Shown piece after piece: positions 21,740 through 32,749 of a stretch of 64,000 nucleotides of DNA. Within the stretch, counting starts at the first letter, position 1, and each line of letters begins with the position of its first letter. Both the position numbers and the translations under genes were made by a program. Origin of the DNA: Methanomethylovorans hollandica DSM 15978 (lineage in GTDB: Archaea > Halobacteriota > Methanosarcinia > Methanosarcinales > Methanosarcinaceae); the NCBI RefSeq assembly GCF_000328665.1, contig NC_019977.1, forward strand, positions 1,116,001-1,180,000, written 5' to 3'. Under the pieces are notes generated by a model. The model did not search any database, was not told where the DNA came from, and saw only the letters and a program-made list of their open reading frames with translations.

Positions 21740-24700
21740 ATGGCCGAAAAGCAAAAAAAAGGAATAAATGAACTTATCAATGACACTGATGCTTACATTC
21801 CCTTTGCACTTATAGGCATATTCATCCTGCTGTTCTCATTGCTGACAGCCGTGGATCTCACACGTATGGATTACCAGCTTGCAGAGGTGGTATATTCCAC
21901 TGATACATCGGATCCGCAACATGATATCCTTGACATGGCATGTGCTGATATATCGAGGTGTCTTAACTATGCAGGCATGGAGGCTTTAGAGTGGCAGGGG
22001 GAGCATCCTGTCATTCAGCCCGGATCTGTTTCCGTAAAAGCCTGGAACAATGCAGGCTTTGAGGCTCGTCCTTTAAACAAAGATCTGGAACCGGGGGATG
22101 TTTTGCAGGTAGAAGTAGAACTCCCCTCTAATATCCTGGGAACCTTACTTTCTCTTGTCAGCAGTCAGAACAGGGTGCTTACTGTATATGATGAAAGCGG
22201 CAGCTTCAATATGAGCTTCAACTACAACGCATCCCATCGCTTATGGGGGAGTTCTTCTTTCGTACAGGAAGTCAGCATCCCCACAGATGCATCATATGGG
22301 TTTGGTTACGTTGTACTAAAGGTTGGAAATGATGTGCAGGCCACTGACTGGTTCCATGTGGGTACCAATCCCGTGAAGGATATTGTTGCAGCACGTTTCA
22401 ATGAGCTCATGGAGAACAACTACAAAAACGGTGTTCATATAACAGGCAGGTATGTATTGAACATCAACGGGGACATAACTCCTGAACAGATCATTATCGA
22501 TAAAGTTAACGGAACCCTGAATAGAAGTATGGCACAGGACCAAGATGATTACATTATTCATTATACCCTAACAGTAAAGCATCTTAATTACACGCTTACT
22601 GATGTCGATACAGGTATAGTGGAAAATGGAAGCATGGATATTTTCACACCTGTCGATTCGAGGGAGCCTCTGCTGGCACAGCTCACCGCAGAGTACGAAA
22701 GGGAACTCAATACTGGTGTATCTGCGGACATTGTACTCGGGATGTCTAATGTGCGTTCCTTTACCTATGGCCCCTGGCAGCATTATGCAGGCGGTCCACT
22801 GAATATCCTGACAGGTCCTTCTATTGCAGGTGCTGTGAACACGGGTACAATGTATGCCCAGAAGCGTGTCTTTGATGCCGCAGACCCCTGGTCTTTGATG
22901 TATACGGGCTACTATAACGGGAAGGTCATGTACTCTGATGTAAAAAGGGATACTTCGGACTATGATCTGCAGAAAGGCAATCTTTCAGCGGTCTATGCTG
23001 ATCTTGCGCAGAACGGTTCTTTCAATATGAATATTCAGGAAGATATGGATGGTTCCATGCAGGATGCTGGTACCAGCCTACAGGCAGTTGAGGATAACAC
23101 TTCCGTTATCCTGGCGGTCTCCAACTATACGGCAGGTGTACAGAATGGTTGGATATTCAATGATCGGATGTGGAGTCCCGCAGATCCCGACCTCATACAT
23201 GATGTGACCCGTAAGATATACAGTGCTGAAGTAATGCCGGAAATAATACGGAGTGGTGTAAATGATCAGCCTGGGGCTCAGGATGTACTGGTTGAAACAC
23301 ACTTTGATCCTGAAAGTGTACGTCTGGTCAATATCTTTCCTTTCTATCACCTTACGTGGGATGCCGAATATCTTGTCTCCCTGTGGCACGAGGGTGCTGT
23401 TGTGCCCGGATATATGTTCGAGAACACAAGCAGAATAACTTACAGTGCACGCATAATGAAACCCGGTCCCATTGCAGATCTGGACATTGCCAACTGGCAC
23501 ATCACAGACGCCAGGCTTAGACATCGGTCCACCTCCCTGGAAAACCTTAAGGTCACGCCTGTGATGAACTATGCAGACAATGACAGACTCCTGAGCATGG
23601 AGCGGGAAGGTGGCTTCCTTAACAGTGAATCACATTCCTTTGACTGGGATGTGGAATATATTGTGGAATTCGATATCTCTTCACAGTGGGACCTGGATTA
23701 TGGTTATGCGTATACACACACAGGCATGATCGACAGCGCTTATGAAGATGAAAGACTGGATATGTATGATCATGTACAGCAGACACATAGTGAACCTGAG
23801 ACAGAGAACATTACCATAGTTTATCACAAATGTTTCAGGACCAATACCTATGAGGGTCTTGAAAAATACGAACAGGCTATTGAAAATGATTTCAATGACA
23901 CCACAGTGATAGTTGATGGGATGGAACTCGTAGATACCTCCTGCAGCGATGCTGCTGATAAGTACAGGGAGGCTTATGTGGATGTAGCACAGATCGAAAG
24001 AGCATATGGAATGTATGGTGATGGTACTTATATGCCCAGGCGCACCGTTGCATGTGATGTGCCAGTGTGGCTTCCCGGCCTTATGACAAAGGAAATGCTA
24101 TCCATGCTTGGTGCAATGGATGACACCGGTCCCTCCCGGAAGGTGTCTTTCATGGGGAATAACCTGGGCCGCAATCCTGCGGACCTTTTCTGTGAGGCTG
24201 CAGAGGACATGGCCTTGGAAATGCAGAATGAAAGGGAGGAGTATGTGCAGGCTGCAGGACATTTCACAAGAAATGAATTTACCACCTGCAGTGATGCAGC
24301 CCGCATGATCGTAAGGAACGAGGCTTATGAGAGGACCATGCAGCAACTTGTGGATAGCAATACCAAAGTACGGTATTCACTGGATGGATATGTGAACGAT
24401 GCTTTCTCCAAAAAGGCAGGATCCGCACTGTCGGACCTGCTGGGCGGGCTCTCACCTTCTTCACTTTTGTTCAACAATCCTGCTCTGTCCATGGCAACAA
24501 ATGCGCTGGCACAGGAGATGGGTGTGATCGATACCATGGAAGTGGTGGACTGGCCCCACAGCAAATACAATTGGACTGAGAATATGACTCTGCTGGTGGA
24601 CCAGTACCCGGACTATCTGTACCATGATGCAGATTTTGATCTGCAGGACCAGTTCTTATGGGAGGATGCGATTACAGGTAAGACTATCTATCCTCTGGCA

Positions 24701-25756
24701 GTGCGTAATGTATGTGTCTTTTCCGGGGATATGAGCGGTGCGGTCGCAGATGTTATGCAGAGCTGCACTGATCCTTTAAAAACAGCAGTTTCGGAGCAAA
24801 TGAGCAGCAGTATCCTTGAGATCAACTCACAGGTGAATGATGTGATAGCACAGATAGGCGTTGAAGCTGTGAACCTGACACAGGCAGGAGTGAGCACAGA
24901 TACCCGCCTGCTTAGGGATAACCAGACCCGGCTTATCAATACCTATGCTGGGCAGCTTCGTATGGACATTCCGGCGCAGGTCAACAGACAGGTAGCTGCT
25001 GATCCTGTGCTGTCCACTTGCATAGATCCGGGTCAGGTGGAAATGATCACTCAGCAGTATCTGGCATCCTTAAGTAATGAACAGCTTGTGGCCATGACTT
25101 CTGATGACAGACTGGCACTGGAACTTTTTAACGTGCTCAAAAATAATATGGACCTGAACAATGGTGCAAGTAACACAGAGGTCGATATTGCCCTGCTGCG
25201 CCTTGAAGCCGACATGCGTATGGGTGTTGCGGACGGGGTATGCGCGGCTATAGAGATGTGTCATGAGACCATTGATGCATGTTTTGCCAATATCGATAAA
25301 GAACTGCAGGCAAAGCTTGATGCTTCAGCTGATAAACTGACAGGCAAAGCCGCAGAAAAAGTGGAAAGAAGACTGGAAAAAGCCATGAGGTACGTACCAG
25401 CAGGTCTACCGCTGCTGCCACCTAACTGGGTCTGCACGGTGAATATCTGGGAATATGATGTGAAAGGACGATACAAAACATTCCAGATAAGTGATATAGA
25501 TAACGAATGCATCGTTGATCCATTTTATGGGCATAAGGCGCAGATGTATGTAAGGGAAAAAAATTATATTTTCCACCCAGTAAAAAAAGATTCTAAAGGA
25601 GGTCGTATTTTATTAGGTCGAAATGCTCCAATTGAGTTCCAGTATAATGGTTATGCAGCGACGGTTGTAGGGCCAGGACCAAAAGGTGTTGGTGATAAAA
25701 TTGGTGGAAGAGATGAAAAATCTCCAGGTTATGATAATTTTGAATCACAATTTTGA
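21740..25756 (+). CDS. Large exported/surface protein with pilin-like N-terminal hydrophobic segment
   Basis: 1338-aa ORF; DTDA-YIPFALIGIFILLFSLL start resembles an archaeal class III signal; conserved-looking VPAGLPLLPPNW and GVGD motifs near the C-terminus. Confidence 0.75.
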   Translation: MAEKQKKGINELINDTDAYIPFALIGIFILLFSLLTAVDLTRMDYQLAEVVYSTDTSDPQHDILDMACADISRCLNYAGMEALEWQGEHPVIQPGSVSVKAWNNAGFEARPLNKDLEPGDVLQVEVELPSNILGTLLSLVSSQNRVLTVYDESGSFNMSFNYNASHRLWGSSSFVQEVSIPTDASYGFGYVVLKVGNDVQATDWFHVGTNPVKDIVAARFNELMENNYKNGVHITGRYVLNINGDITPEQIIIDKVNGTLNRSMAQDQDDYIIHYTLTVKHLNYTLTDVDTGIVENGSMDIFTPVDSREPLLAQLTAEYERELNTGVSADIVLGMSNVRSFTYGPWQHYAGGPLNILTGPSIAGAVNTGTMYAQKRVFDAADPWSLMYTGYYNGKVMYSDVKRDTSDYDLQKGNLSAVYADLAQNGSFNMNIQEDMDGSMQDAGTSLQAVEDNTSVILAVSNYTAGVQNGWIFNDRMWSPADPDLIHDVTRKIYSAEVMPEIIRSGVNDQPGAQDVLVETHFDPESVRLVNIFPFYHLTWDAEYLVSLWHEGAVVPGYMFENTSRITYSARIMKPGPIADLDIANWHITDARLRHRSTSLENLKVTPVMNYADNDRLLSMEREGGFLNSESHSFDWDVEYIVEFDISSQWDLDYGYAYTHTGMIDSAYEDERLDMYDHVQQTHSEPETENITIVYHKCFRTNTYEGLEKYEQAIENDFNDTTVIVDGMELVDTSCSDAADKYREAYVDVAQIERAYGMYGDGTYMPRRTVACDVPVWLPGLMTKEMLSMLGAMDDTGPSRKVSFMGNNLGRNPADLFCEAAEDMALEMQNEREEYVQAAGHFTRNEFTTCSDAARMIVRNEAYERTMQQLVDSNTKVRYSLDGYVNDAFSKKAGSALSDLLGGLSPSSLLFNNPALSMATNALAQEMGVIDTMEVVDWPHSKYNWTENMTLLVDQYPDYLYHDADFDLQDQFLWEDAITGKTIYPLAVRNVCVFSGDMSGAVADVMQSCTDPLKTAVSEQMSSSILEINSQVNDVIAQIGVEAVNLTQAGVSTDTRLLRDNQTRLINTYAGQLRMDIPAQVNRQVAADPVLSTCIDPGQVEMITQQYLASLSNEQLVAMTSDDRLALELFNVLKNNMDLNNGASNTEVDIALLRLEADMRMGVADGVCAAIEMCHETIDACFANIDKELQAKLDASADKLTGKAAEKVERRLEKAMRYVPAGLPLLPPNWVCTVNIWEYDVKGRYKTFQISDIDNECIVDPFYGHKAQMYVREKNYIFHPVKKDSKGGRILLGRNAPIEFQYNGYAATVVGPGPKGVGDKIGGRDEKSPGYDNFESQF

Positions 25757-25765
25757 GGTAAAAAA

Positions 25766-26359
25766 ATGAAAGTTGTTTTTTTGCTACTATTTATTACTAG
25801 TATTTTATTAAGTTCACCTGTAATCGTGTCTGCTCAAAGTCCTTATGCTAAAATAGATTTATATTATAATGGAATTCTTTACCCGGGTGCTGATATTCCA
25901 AGGCCACTTTTAAAGATTGGAGAGCCATTCATTATTCGTTTTGATGTGACATCTTATAAGAAATGTTATTTATCGGTAGAATTGTGGTCTATAGATTCAG
26001 AAGATTTTGTGATTATAGATGGTCCAACTTTAGAACTTGAAAAAGGTATACATGGTCTAATAGAAGAAAATGAAACAAAAACATATGAATGGACTGTTGC
26101 ACCCACAGAAAATTGGGCAAGTGGTAGTGTTCCCATTAACTTCTACTATCAATTTACTGATTTAGACACAGCAGACACTATTATAAAAGATGAATTCACC
26201 GCCGCTTACGTAACCGTCAGCGAGGAGTACTACGATGGTGAAAAAACCGAAGTTGCCACAGAACCCGCCATTGAACAACCCTCACAAGCTCCTGGATTCA
26301 TATTGCCTATAGCTGTCGGAATGTTGTTGTTAGCCGAGAAGTGCAGAAGAAACACGTGA
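25766..26359 (+). CDS. Sarcinarray-family (MAST-like) protein with PGF-CTERM sorting signal
   Basis: Signal peptide, SPY..ID.YYNG..YPG and LKIGEPF motifs; C-terminal APGF-TM-basic tail. Confidence 0.8.
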   Translation: MKVVFLLLFITSILLSSPVIVSAQSPYAKIDLYYNGILYPGADIPRPLLKIGEPFIIRFDVTSYKKCYLSVELWSIDSEDFVIIDGPTLELEKGIHGLIEENETKTYEWTVAPTENWASGSVPINFYYQFTDLDTADTIIKDEFTAAYVTVSEEYYDGEKTEVATEPAIEQPSQAPGFILPIAVGMLLLAEKCRRNT

Positions 26360-26500
26360 TATTTTGCTTATTCTTATTAGAAGAGGAAAAAGAAGTGAAT
26401 TACGCCGCCTGCGGCGGGGTTGTTGTTATGGACAGGGGTCTGGTAAACTCCTATGTGCTGTATGCGGTTAAAAAACATTTGTTATTCGGGAAGTAAATGC

Positions 26501-26962
26501 CTAGTACATTTGTTTGTCTGTTTTGTTGTCCCATTCTTGCAGCAGTTCCAGACAGGCTTCGCGCTGAATGATTGTAAATTCTACTTCTGCTGTCTGTTCT
26601 CCTTTGATGATGTTGTAGATGTGGCTATCGTCGAAGCCTGCAATGGCTACTTCTTCAGTTGTGGTACCGTAATGGATACGCTTGATCCTGGCCCAGCAGA
26701 TGGCTGCAAAACACATGGGACAAGGCTGCGAGGTAGTAAATATCTCGCAATCAGACAGGTCAAATTTTCCCAGTTGCTGGGAGGCTCTGCGGATAGCAAG
26801 TATTTCAGCATGTGCCGTGGGGTCTTTGCTGCTAAGCACTTCGTTATGAGCTGTGGATATTATGCCTCCGTCTTTGACGATAACAGCACCAAAAGGCCCT
26901 CCGTGATTGTTCTGCATGCCTCTGCGAGCTTCATCGATAGCAATATGGATTAATCGGAACAT
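26501..26962 (-). CDS. Nucleoside/guanine deaminase (Zn-dependent)
   Basis: GGPFGAVIV, DPTAHAE, PCPMC motifs. Confidence 0.92.
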   Translation of the reverse strand: MFRLIHIAIDEARRGMQNNHGGPFGAVIVKDGGIISTAHNEVLSSKDPTAHAEILAIRRASQQLGKFDLSDCEIFTTSQPCPMCFAAICWARIKRIHYGTTTEEVAIAGFDDSHIYNIIKGEQTAEVEFTIIQREACLELLQEWDNKTDKQMY

Positions 26963-27330
26963 TTTATTAGATCATACTCCTGCAGGATCGCAGTATGTAC
27001 CTTTAAATGGCTTGCATATACAAAAATATGTTCTTTTTACACATTTTCTTCATCCTATGGATGGTCGGGCTAATTTGCATGACCGTCTTTTTGTAAGTTC
27101 TGTCGGATTATCAGCGAAATTTAAATATAATTAAATTAATATAATATTGTTATACAATTTAGTGTCTTCGATCCATAAACATTCAAAAGTGCTACAGGAG
27201 CCTCATATGTTAGTGAAAAAAAACGTAAAAGCATTATGCATGGCATTTTTACAAAACCCTCGGATTCAGACAACTGCTTCGCGATCAGACGATACGCAAA
27301 CCAATTACTATCATCGTTTTTCTGGAGGAT

Positions 27331-27477
27331 ATGATGACAGCTAATATCATCACCCTTAGGCCTGACTCGGTAAAGAACCTTAAAAGACTGGATGCGGAAA
27401 CAAAGAAAAAAATAAAAGAAGGCCTTGGCTTCATTGAGCATGAGCCACATGAAAATAATTATATAAGATATGTGTAA
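27331..27477 (+). pseudogene. Possible truncated RelE/ParE toxin fragment
   Basis: MMTANIITLRPDSVKNLKRLDAETKKKIKEGL resembles a RelE N-terminus; the frame ends after about 48 codons. Confidence 0.35.
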
Positions 27478-27557
27478 GGTATATTCAAGGCAGCAATGAT
27501 TATGATTAACTAAAATTGAGTTATGGATATATTTTTATTTGTAATTAAAGTGGATCT

Positions 27558-28148
27558 TCACACGTAACTAATTTCACCGGCTGCGAAATCTACCAGTATC
27601 TTCCGGATATCTTCCTCGGTCAAAAGGACATATAATTTGTTGTTAACCGAATATCTGTTAGCTGTACTCAGGATCACAGGAACGTTGGACATATGAGATT
27701 CTCCCATGTTTATGTATGGTATATAATGCTCCAGTGAGTACTCCCCATGCTCTACAGATACGCGTGTCTGTATAGGCACCTTGTAGTATGCATCGGGCTC
27801 AGGTATTTCTTTACCGCATTTGCATTTGCCTCCCGGTTTGCGCCATTGCGCTCTGCCGCATTTGGGACATGCTATCTTATAGGCGGGAGCTAACTTCAGG
27901 CTCTCAAACCTACTATGTGCTGTCTGCACTACCTGTTTTATCTGTAACATCATCTCGTTGTCGAAAACCTGAAGCCTTCTGATACGCAGAAGCTGAGGGC
28001 CGCGCACTTCAATGATCCCGTTAGCCTCCTGAAATACCGCATTCCCGTCATAGATATACTCATCTGATACCTCAGACCTCCAGGGAACATTAAGATCAAC
28101 TAACTGGAACTTACCGTTTTGCAATCTGACAAACTCTATTTCGAACAT
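27558..28148 (-). CDS. Hypothetical protein with a CxxC...CxC zinc motif
   Basis: ACPKCG...KCKCG; GAGGT RBS before MFEIEF. Confidence 0.65.
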   Translation of the reverse strand: MFEIEFVRLQNGKFQLVDLNVPWRSEVSDEYIYDGNAVFQEANGIIEVRGPQLLRIRRLQVFDNEMMLQIKQVVQTAHSRFESLKLAPAYKIACPKCGRAQWRKPGGKCKCGKEIPEPDAYYKVPIQTRVSVEHGEYSLEHYIPYINMGESHMSNVPVILSTANRYSVNNKLYVLLTEEDIRKILVDFAAGEISYV

Positions 28149-28393
28149 TACGGCAACCTCAAAACTTCCATGCAATTATCCTGCCATCACTATGCGTTCT
28201 GCTTTCATGCCTGATCTCCTGTCCTGCAGGTCAATCACAGGAAACCTGTAAGCATCAGCTTTATATCAGATCCATTCATGATCAGGATTAATAATTGCAT
28301 GTTTTGCTTATATTTAAGCATTCTTTAATGGATGTAAAGAGAAATAGAGGAACATTTGTTCTTATTACCCATTTTAAATGTACAATTTGTACA

Positions 28394-29732
28394 GTTTAAC
28401 CCTTTTTTTAGTGGATTATGCTTTCGAATGTACAAGAGCAAACTTGCTTTTTGCAAGAAAAAGTGTTTCAATCCTTGTTTTAGTGGATCATGCTCTGAAA
28501 GTTATCGGCAAAGTGACTGGTTTTATGCAAACTTGTAATGATTTTATTTTTGTTTTGGTGAAAGCAAGTTTCAATCCTTGTTTTAGTGGATCATGCTCTG
28601 AAAGCAGAAGACTCGGATTCGGATATCTCCAATAACCGTCTCGTAAGTTTCAATCCTTGTTTTAGTGGATCATGCTCTGAAAGTGCTAGGGCTGTAAAAT
28701 ATTATGGAGAAAAGGAAGATAGCGAAGTTTCAATCCTTGTTTTAGTGGATCATGCTCTGAAAGCCAGACTAGGGAATTTTTAAAAATCGGGCGGAAGGTT
28801 GTTTCAATCCTTGTTTTAGTGGATCATGCTCTGAAAGGAGACGGCTCATGCCCGTTAACCCCAAGTTGAGCAACAAAGGTTTCAATCCTTGTTTTAGTGG
28901 ATCATGCTCTGAAAGTGCATACGGCAGGGTAGGTATAGGCACAGTGGACAGGTTTCAATCCTTGTTTTAGTGGATCATGCTCTGAAAGTAGTTATCGCCG
29001 TGAAGATCCTAGGAGTTAGTTTTTGTTTCAATCCTTGTTTTAGTGGATCATGCTCTGAAAGGTGAAAATAAAAGATCGAAACCAAGGACGACGCAGGGTC
29101 AAGTTTCAATCCTTGTTTTAGTGGATCATGCTCTGAAAGTCATCTAGTGACAATAACAGTGTCACGAGGGTAAGTTTCAATCCTTGTTTTAGTGGATCAT
29201 GCTCTGAAAGAAGAAGTATATATGCTCATGATTGCTCAGATGAAAGAGAGTTTCAATCCTTGTTTTAGTGGATCATGCTCTGAAAGAGGATGTTTGGGTG
29301 GCTATAAAGACCGCCGTCGAAGCGTTTCAATCCTTGTTTTAGTGGATCATGCTCTGAAAGCCGGCAAACGCATGTATTATAATGCCTATGGATAAGTTTC
29401 AATCCTTGTTTTAGTGGATCATGCTCTGAAAGCCAATATGCCAGCATCGCCAAAACAACTTTACTTGTGTTTCAATCCTTGTTTTAGTGGATCATGCTCT
29501 GAAAGATTGATGGTGAGGGTAAGCGCAAAAATACGGTTGCAACTATAATGTTTCAATCCTTGTTTTAGTGGATCATGCTCTGAAAGTGCTTGCTCTGGTA
29601 ATACCTGTAGCCTCAGCGAGTGTTTCAATCCTTGTTTTAGTGGATCATGCTCTGAAAGTTGATATGTCTATTACCATTAAATGACAACGATACATGTTTC
29701 AATCCTTGTTTTAGTGGATCATGCTCTGAAAG
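28394..29732 (-). CRISPR. CRISPR array 1: 17 identical 37-bp repeats plus 1 degenerate trailer repeat, 17 spacers (34-66 bp)
   Basis: Repeat on the minus strand is CTTTCAGAGCATGATCCACTAAAACAAGGATTGAAAC. Orientation inferred from the ATTGAAAC 3' tag, the degenerate copy at 28394-28429 and the AT-rich leader on the right. Confidence 0.98.
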
Positions 29733-29835
29733 AGGGGAATTTTTCCCTTTGTTTGGGCTGGAAATCCAGGAAAAGACTCCTTTTCAGAGGGCAAATTTCT
29801 TGTTGGTTTTTTATAGATGAGTTTATAAACTCAAG
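29733..29835 (-). promoter_or_regulatory. Leader of array 1
   Basis: TTTATAAA box starts 97 bp before repeat 1; leader ends GGAAAAATTCCCCT; similar to the array 2 leader. Confidence 0.8.
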
Positions 29836-30203
29836 CCTATATTAAAATTTTGGTTAAGAATTGCTGCATATCGAATTAATTTTTTTTGACTGCATATGTA
29901 TGTACAGTATTAATAAATTCTTTAGACACTTAGTGTGCAGCAGTTCATTTACAATCATGAAAGGGATGTATGAAATAGCAAGAGTGGTTGGGAAGACAGC
30001 AAAATATTTATGCTTGTTATAAGAGAAGTATTGTAAGATAAATTTGAAAATTGTGTCGAGTGGGGGCAGACTGTGCATGTGCAATAAAAGTGTAAGACCT
30101 TTGTGTCTTTCCGTTTCAGAGATAAACAGTTCTAATAAGATCGATCTGACGATCGGTAACTTGAAGGATGGCTACGTGAAGATCGGATCTTCAGGAAAAT
30201 AGC

Positions 30204-30857
30204 ATGGATCTGAAAATACTTTCCCTTACTCTTACCTCCACCCGCCCTATTCAGGAATCCGGTGCGCAGCTTAGGGGATTTTTTGCTACAAAGTTCAATG
30301 AATACAGCCTTCTGCACCAGCATGATGCTGACAAATTCATTTACCGCTATCCCATGGTTCAGTATAAAATGATACACAGAACGCCTACTGTACTCGGAAT
30401 CAACGAAGGTGCCGAGGTCTTGAAAGAAATATACGATGAATATGATAAGATTACACTTAATGGCAATGAGTACGAGATAGCAGAACGAGGGATCACTTAC
30501 AAAAAAGAGGATTTCGGAATCTCTGAGAAACTTATCAAGTATGATTTTTTAACACCCTGGTTCGCACTTAATCAGGAGAACTACAGGAAATATATTTCTT
30601 CGAATAACGAGCAGCAGGCAGCATTGCTCAACAGGAATCTTGTAGGTAACCTCCTTTCCATGTCGAAATCCCTGGATTATCAGGTACCTGATAAGATAAA
30701 GTGCCATATTGAAGTGAAAGAGCAAAGTTCAAGTTTGAAAGGGAATGATATCATTGCCTTCCGGGGTTTTTTTGTTACTAATTTCCAGATCCCTGACCTT
30801 CTTGGCTTAGGCAAGTCGGTATCACGTGGTTTTGGGACAGTGAAAAGATGCAACTAG
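30204..30857 (+). CDS. cas6: CRISPR endoribonuclease Cas6 (Cas6b-like)
   Basis: LRGFF, LLHQH, YRYPMVQYK and G-loop GLGKSVSRGFG. Confidence 0.95.
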   Translation: MDLKILSLTLTSTRPIQESGAQLRGFFATKFNEYSLLHQHDADKFIYRYPMVQYKMIHRTPTVLGINEGAEVLKEIYDEYDKITLNGNEYEIAERGITYKKEDFGISEKLIKYDFLTPWFALNQENYRKYISSNNEQQAALLNRNLVGNLLSMSKSLDYQVPDKIKCHIEVKEQSSSLKGNDIIAFRGFFVTNFQIPDLLGLGKSVSRGFGTVKRCN

Positions 30858-31816
30858 TTATCAACTCCTACGGCTCATTTTTGAAAAAGAACCATAACTG
30901 TTTTCTTGTCAGGAATGAGGATAAAGTCTTCGAAGTATCTGCGGACAAAGTAGAAAGCATTCTGATTGCCACATCCGCCACCATTACCACGGATGCTGTC
31001 AAATTCGCTGTGGAGAACAATATAGACATCGTTTTTCTCGACCATTCTGGAGACCCCTATGGGAGAATATGGCATACAAAGCTTGGAAGCACCACGCTTA
31101 TCCGCAGGCGCCAGCTTGAGGTGGCTGAGAAGAAAAAAGGCTTCAGGATGGTAAAAAAGTGGACCGAGGTCAAGCTTAACAATCAGATCACTTTCCTGAA
31201 AGATCTCAAGAAGAACCGGCCTGAACAAAAGGCCGAACTGGAAGAGTTTATTGCAAACATCGAAAAGCTGCAAGCTCAGCTTCTTGAACTCGACGGTACC
31301 CTGGAGGAGAAAAGAGGTTCTGTCATGGGAGTAGAGGGTATGGCTTCCCGACACTATTTCGATGCACTTGGTTACATAATGCCTGAGAAATGGAAGTTCA
31401 ACGGCAGGAGCAGGAATCCTGCGGTTGATGCTTTCAACTGTATGCTGAACTACGGGTATGGGATACTGTATTCCCTGGTCGAAAAGGCATGTATCATTTC
31501 CGGGCTTGACCCGTATGTGGGTTTTCTACATACTGACAATTACAACAAGAAGTCTCTGGTCTTTGATATAATTGAGATGTATCGTATCCACGCTGACAGG
31601 ACCGTGGTCAATCTGTTCTCCACAAAGCAGGTACATGACGAATTTTTTGACAGCATTCCTAATGGAATGAGCCTGAACAGCAATGGGAAAGCTGTGCTTA
31701 TCGGGGCATTCAATAAAGCCCTTGACCAAAGTGTGGAATATGATGGCAGAAACATAAAAATCAGGGATATAATACAGCACGATTGTCATAAAATTGCAAA
31801 CGGGCTTATAAAATAA
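30848..31816 (+). CDS. cas1: Cas1 (not fused to RT)
   Basis: MGVEG.ASR.YF, FN.MLNYGY.ILY, GLDPYVGFLH, SLVFDIIE motifs. Confidence 0.98.
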   Translation: MQLVINSYGSFLKKNHNCFLVRNEDKVFEVSADKVESILIATSATITTDAVKFAVENNIDIVFLDHSGDPYGRIWHTKLGSTTLIRRRQLEVAEKKKGFRMVKKWTEVKLNNQITFLKDLKKNRPEQKAELEEFIANIEKLQAQLLELDGTLEEKRGSVMGVEGMASRHYFDALGYIMPEKWKFNGRSRNPAVDAFNCMLNYGYGILYSLVEKACIISGLDPYVGFLHTDNYNKKSLVFDIIEMYRIHADRTVVNLFSTKQVHDEFFDSIPNGMSLNSNGKAVLIGAFNKALDQSVEYDGRNIKIRDIIQHDCHKIANGLIK

Positions 31817-32119
<303 letters not shown>

Positions 32120-32127
32120 GGTTGTGT

Positions 32128-32739
32128 ATGAAAGCAGCTTTTGACCACGGAGCTTTCGATCATGAAGTATTGATAACGGTGTCAGATGTAATGGAATACA
32201 GTTTCTGCCCCAGGTTCGTTTATTTTATGCATTGCCTTAATATATCCCAACATGCTGAGAACCGTTTCAAGGTCGTGAAAGGCAGGGAAGTACATGCAGA
32301 GCGTAAAAACACGAACCGCGACCATGTCAGAAAAAAGCTGCACTGCATCCTGAAAGATCCTGAGGTTCTGCTGGTTTCAAAAAAGCACCATATAAAAGGT
32401 ATCGTGGATGAAGTGCTCTTTCTGGAAGATGGCACTGCAGCACCTCTGGAATACAAATTTGCCCAATACAGGGACGAAATATTCTTAACTCACATTAATC
32501 AGCTTGCTTTGCAGGCTATCCTTATCGAGGAGAACTATGGGCGCAAGGTCAAAAAAGGCTATATCTGCTACATCCGCAGCAAAAATCTTGTAAAAGAAGT
32601 GGAGCTCCACAAAGCTGATCTCAGTAAAGCAAAAAAGTCCATAACTGAGATACTTGAGATAATTAAGAAGGGTACCTATCCTGCTGCAACACATGAAGAC
32701 AAGTGCACAGACTGCTGTTATCGCAACATCTGCGTATAG
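32128..32739 (+). CDS. cas4: Cas4
   Basis: FCPR, GIVD, PLEYK, QL motifs and C-terminal CxxCxYxxxC. Confidence 0.95.
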   Translation: MKAAFDHGAFDHEVLITVSDVMEYSFCPRFVYFMHCLNISQHAENRFKVVKGREVHAERKNTNRDHVRKKLHCILKDPEVLLVSKKHHIKGIVDEVLFLEDGTAAPLEYKFAQYRDEIFLTHINQLALQAILIEENYGRKVKKGYICYIRSKNLVKEVELHKADLSKAKKSITEILEIIKKGTYPAATHEDKCTDCCYRNICV

Positions 32740-32749
32740 CACAATGTTC

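Noticed and set aside
26395..26425. GC hairpin GTGAATTACGCCGCCTGCGGCGGGG as an IS605 end
   Set aside because: It is too short to tell apart from a terminator-like hairpin between convergent genes.
28356..29453. Short ORFs across array 1 (also 32923-33731 across array 2)
   Set aside because: They are artefacts of stop-free repeat frames; only the part inside the 310-bp spacer is informative.
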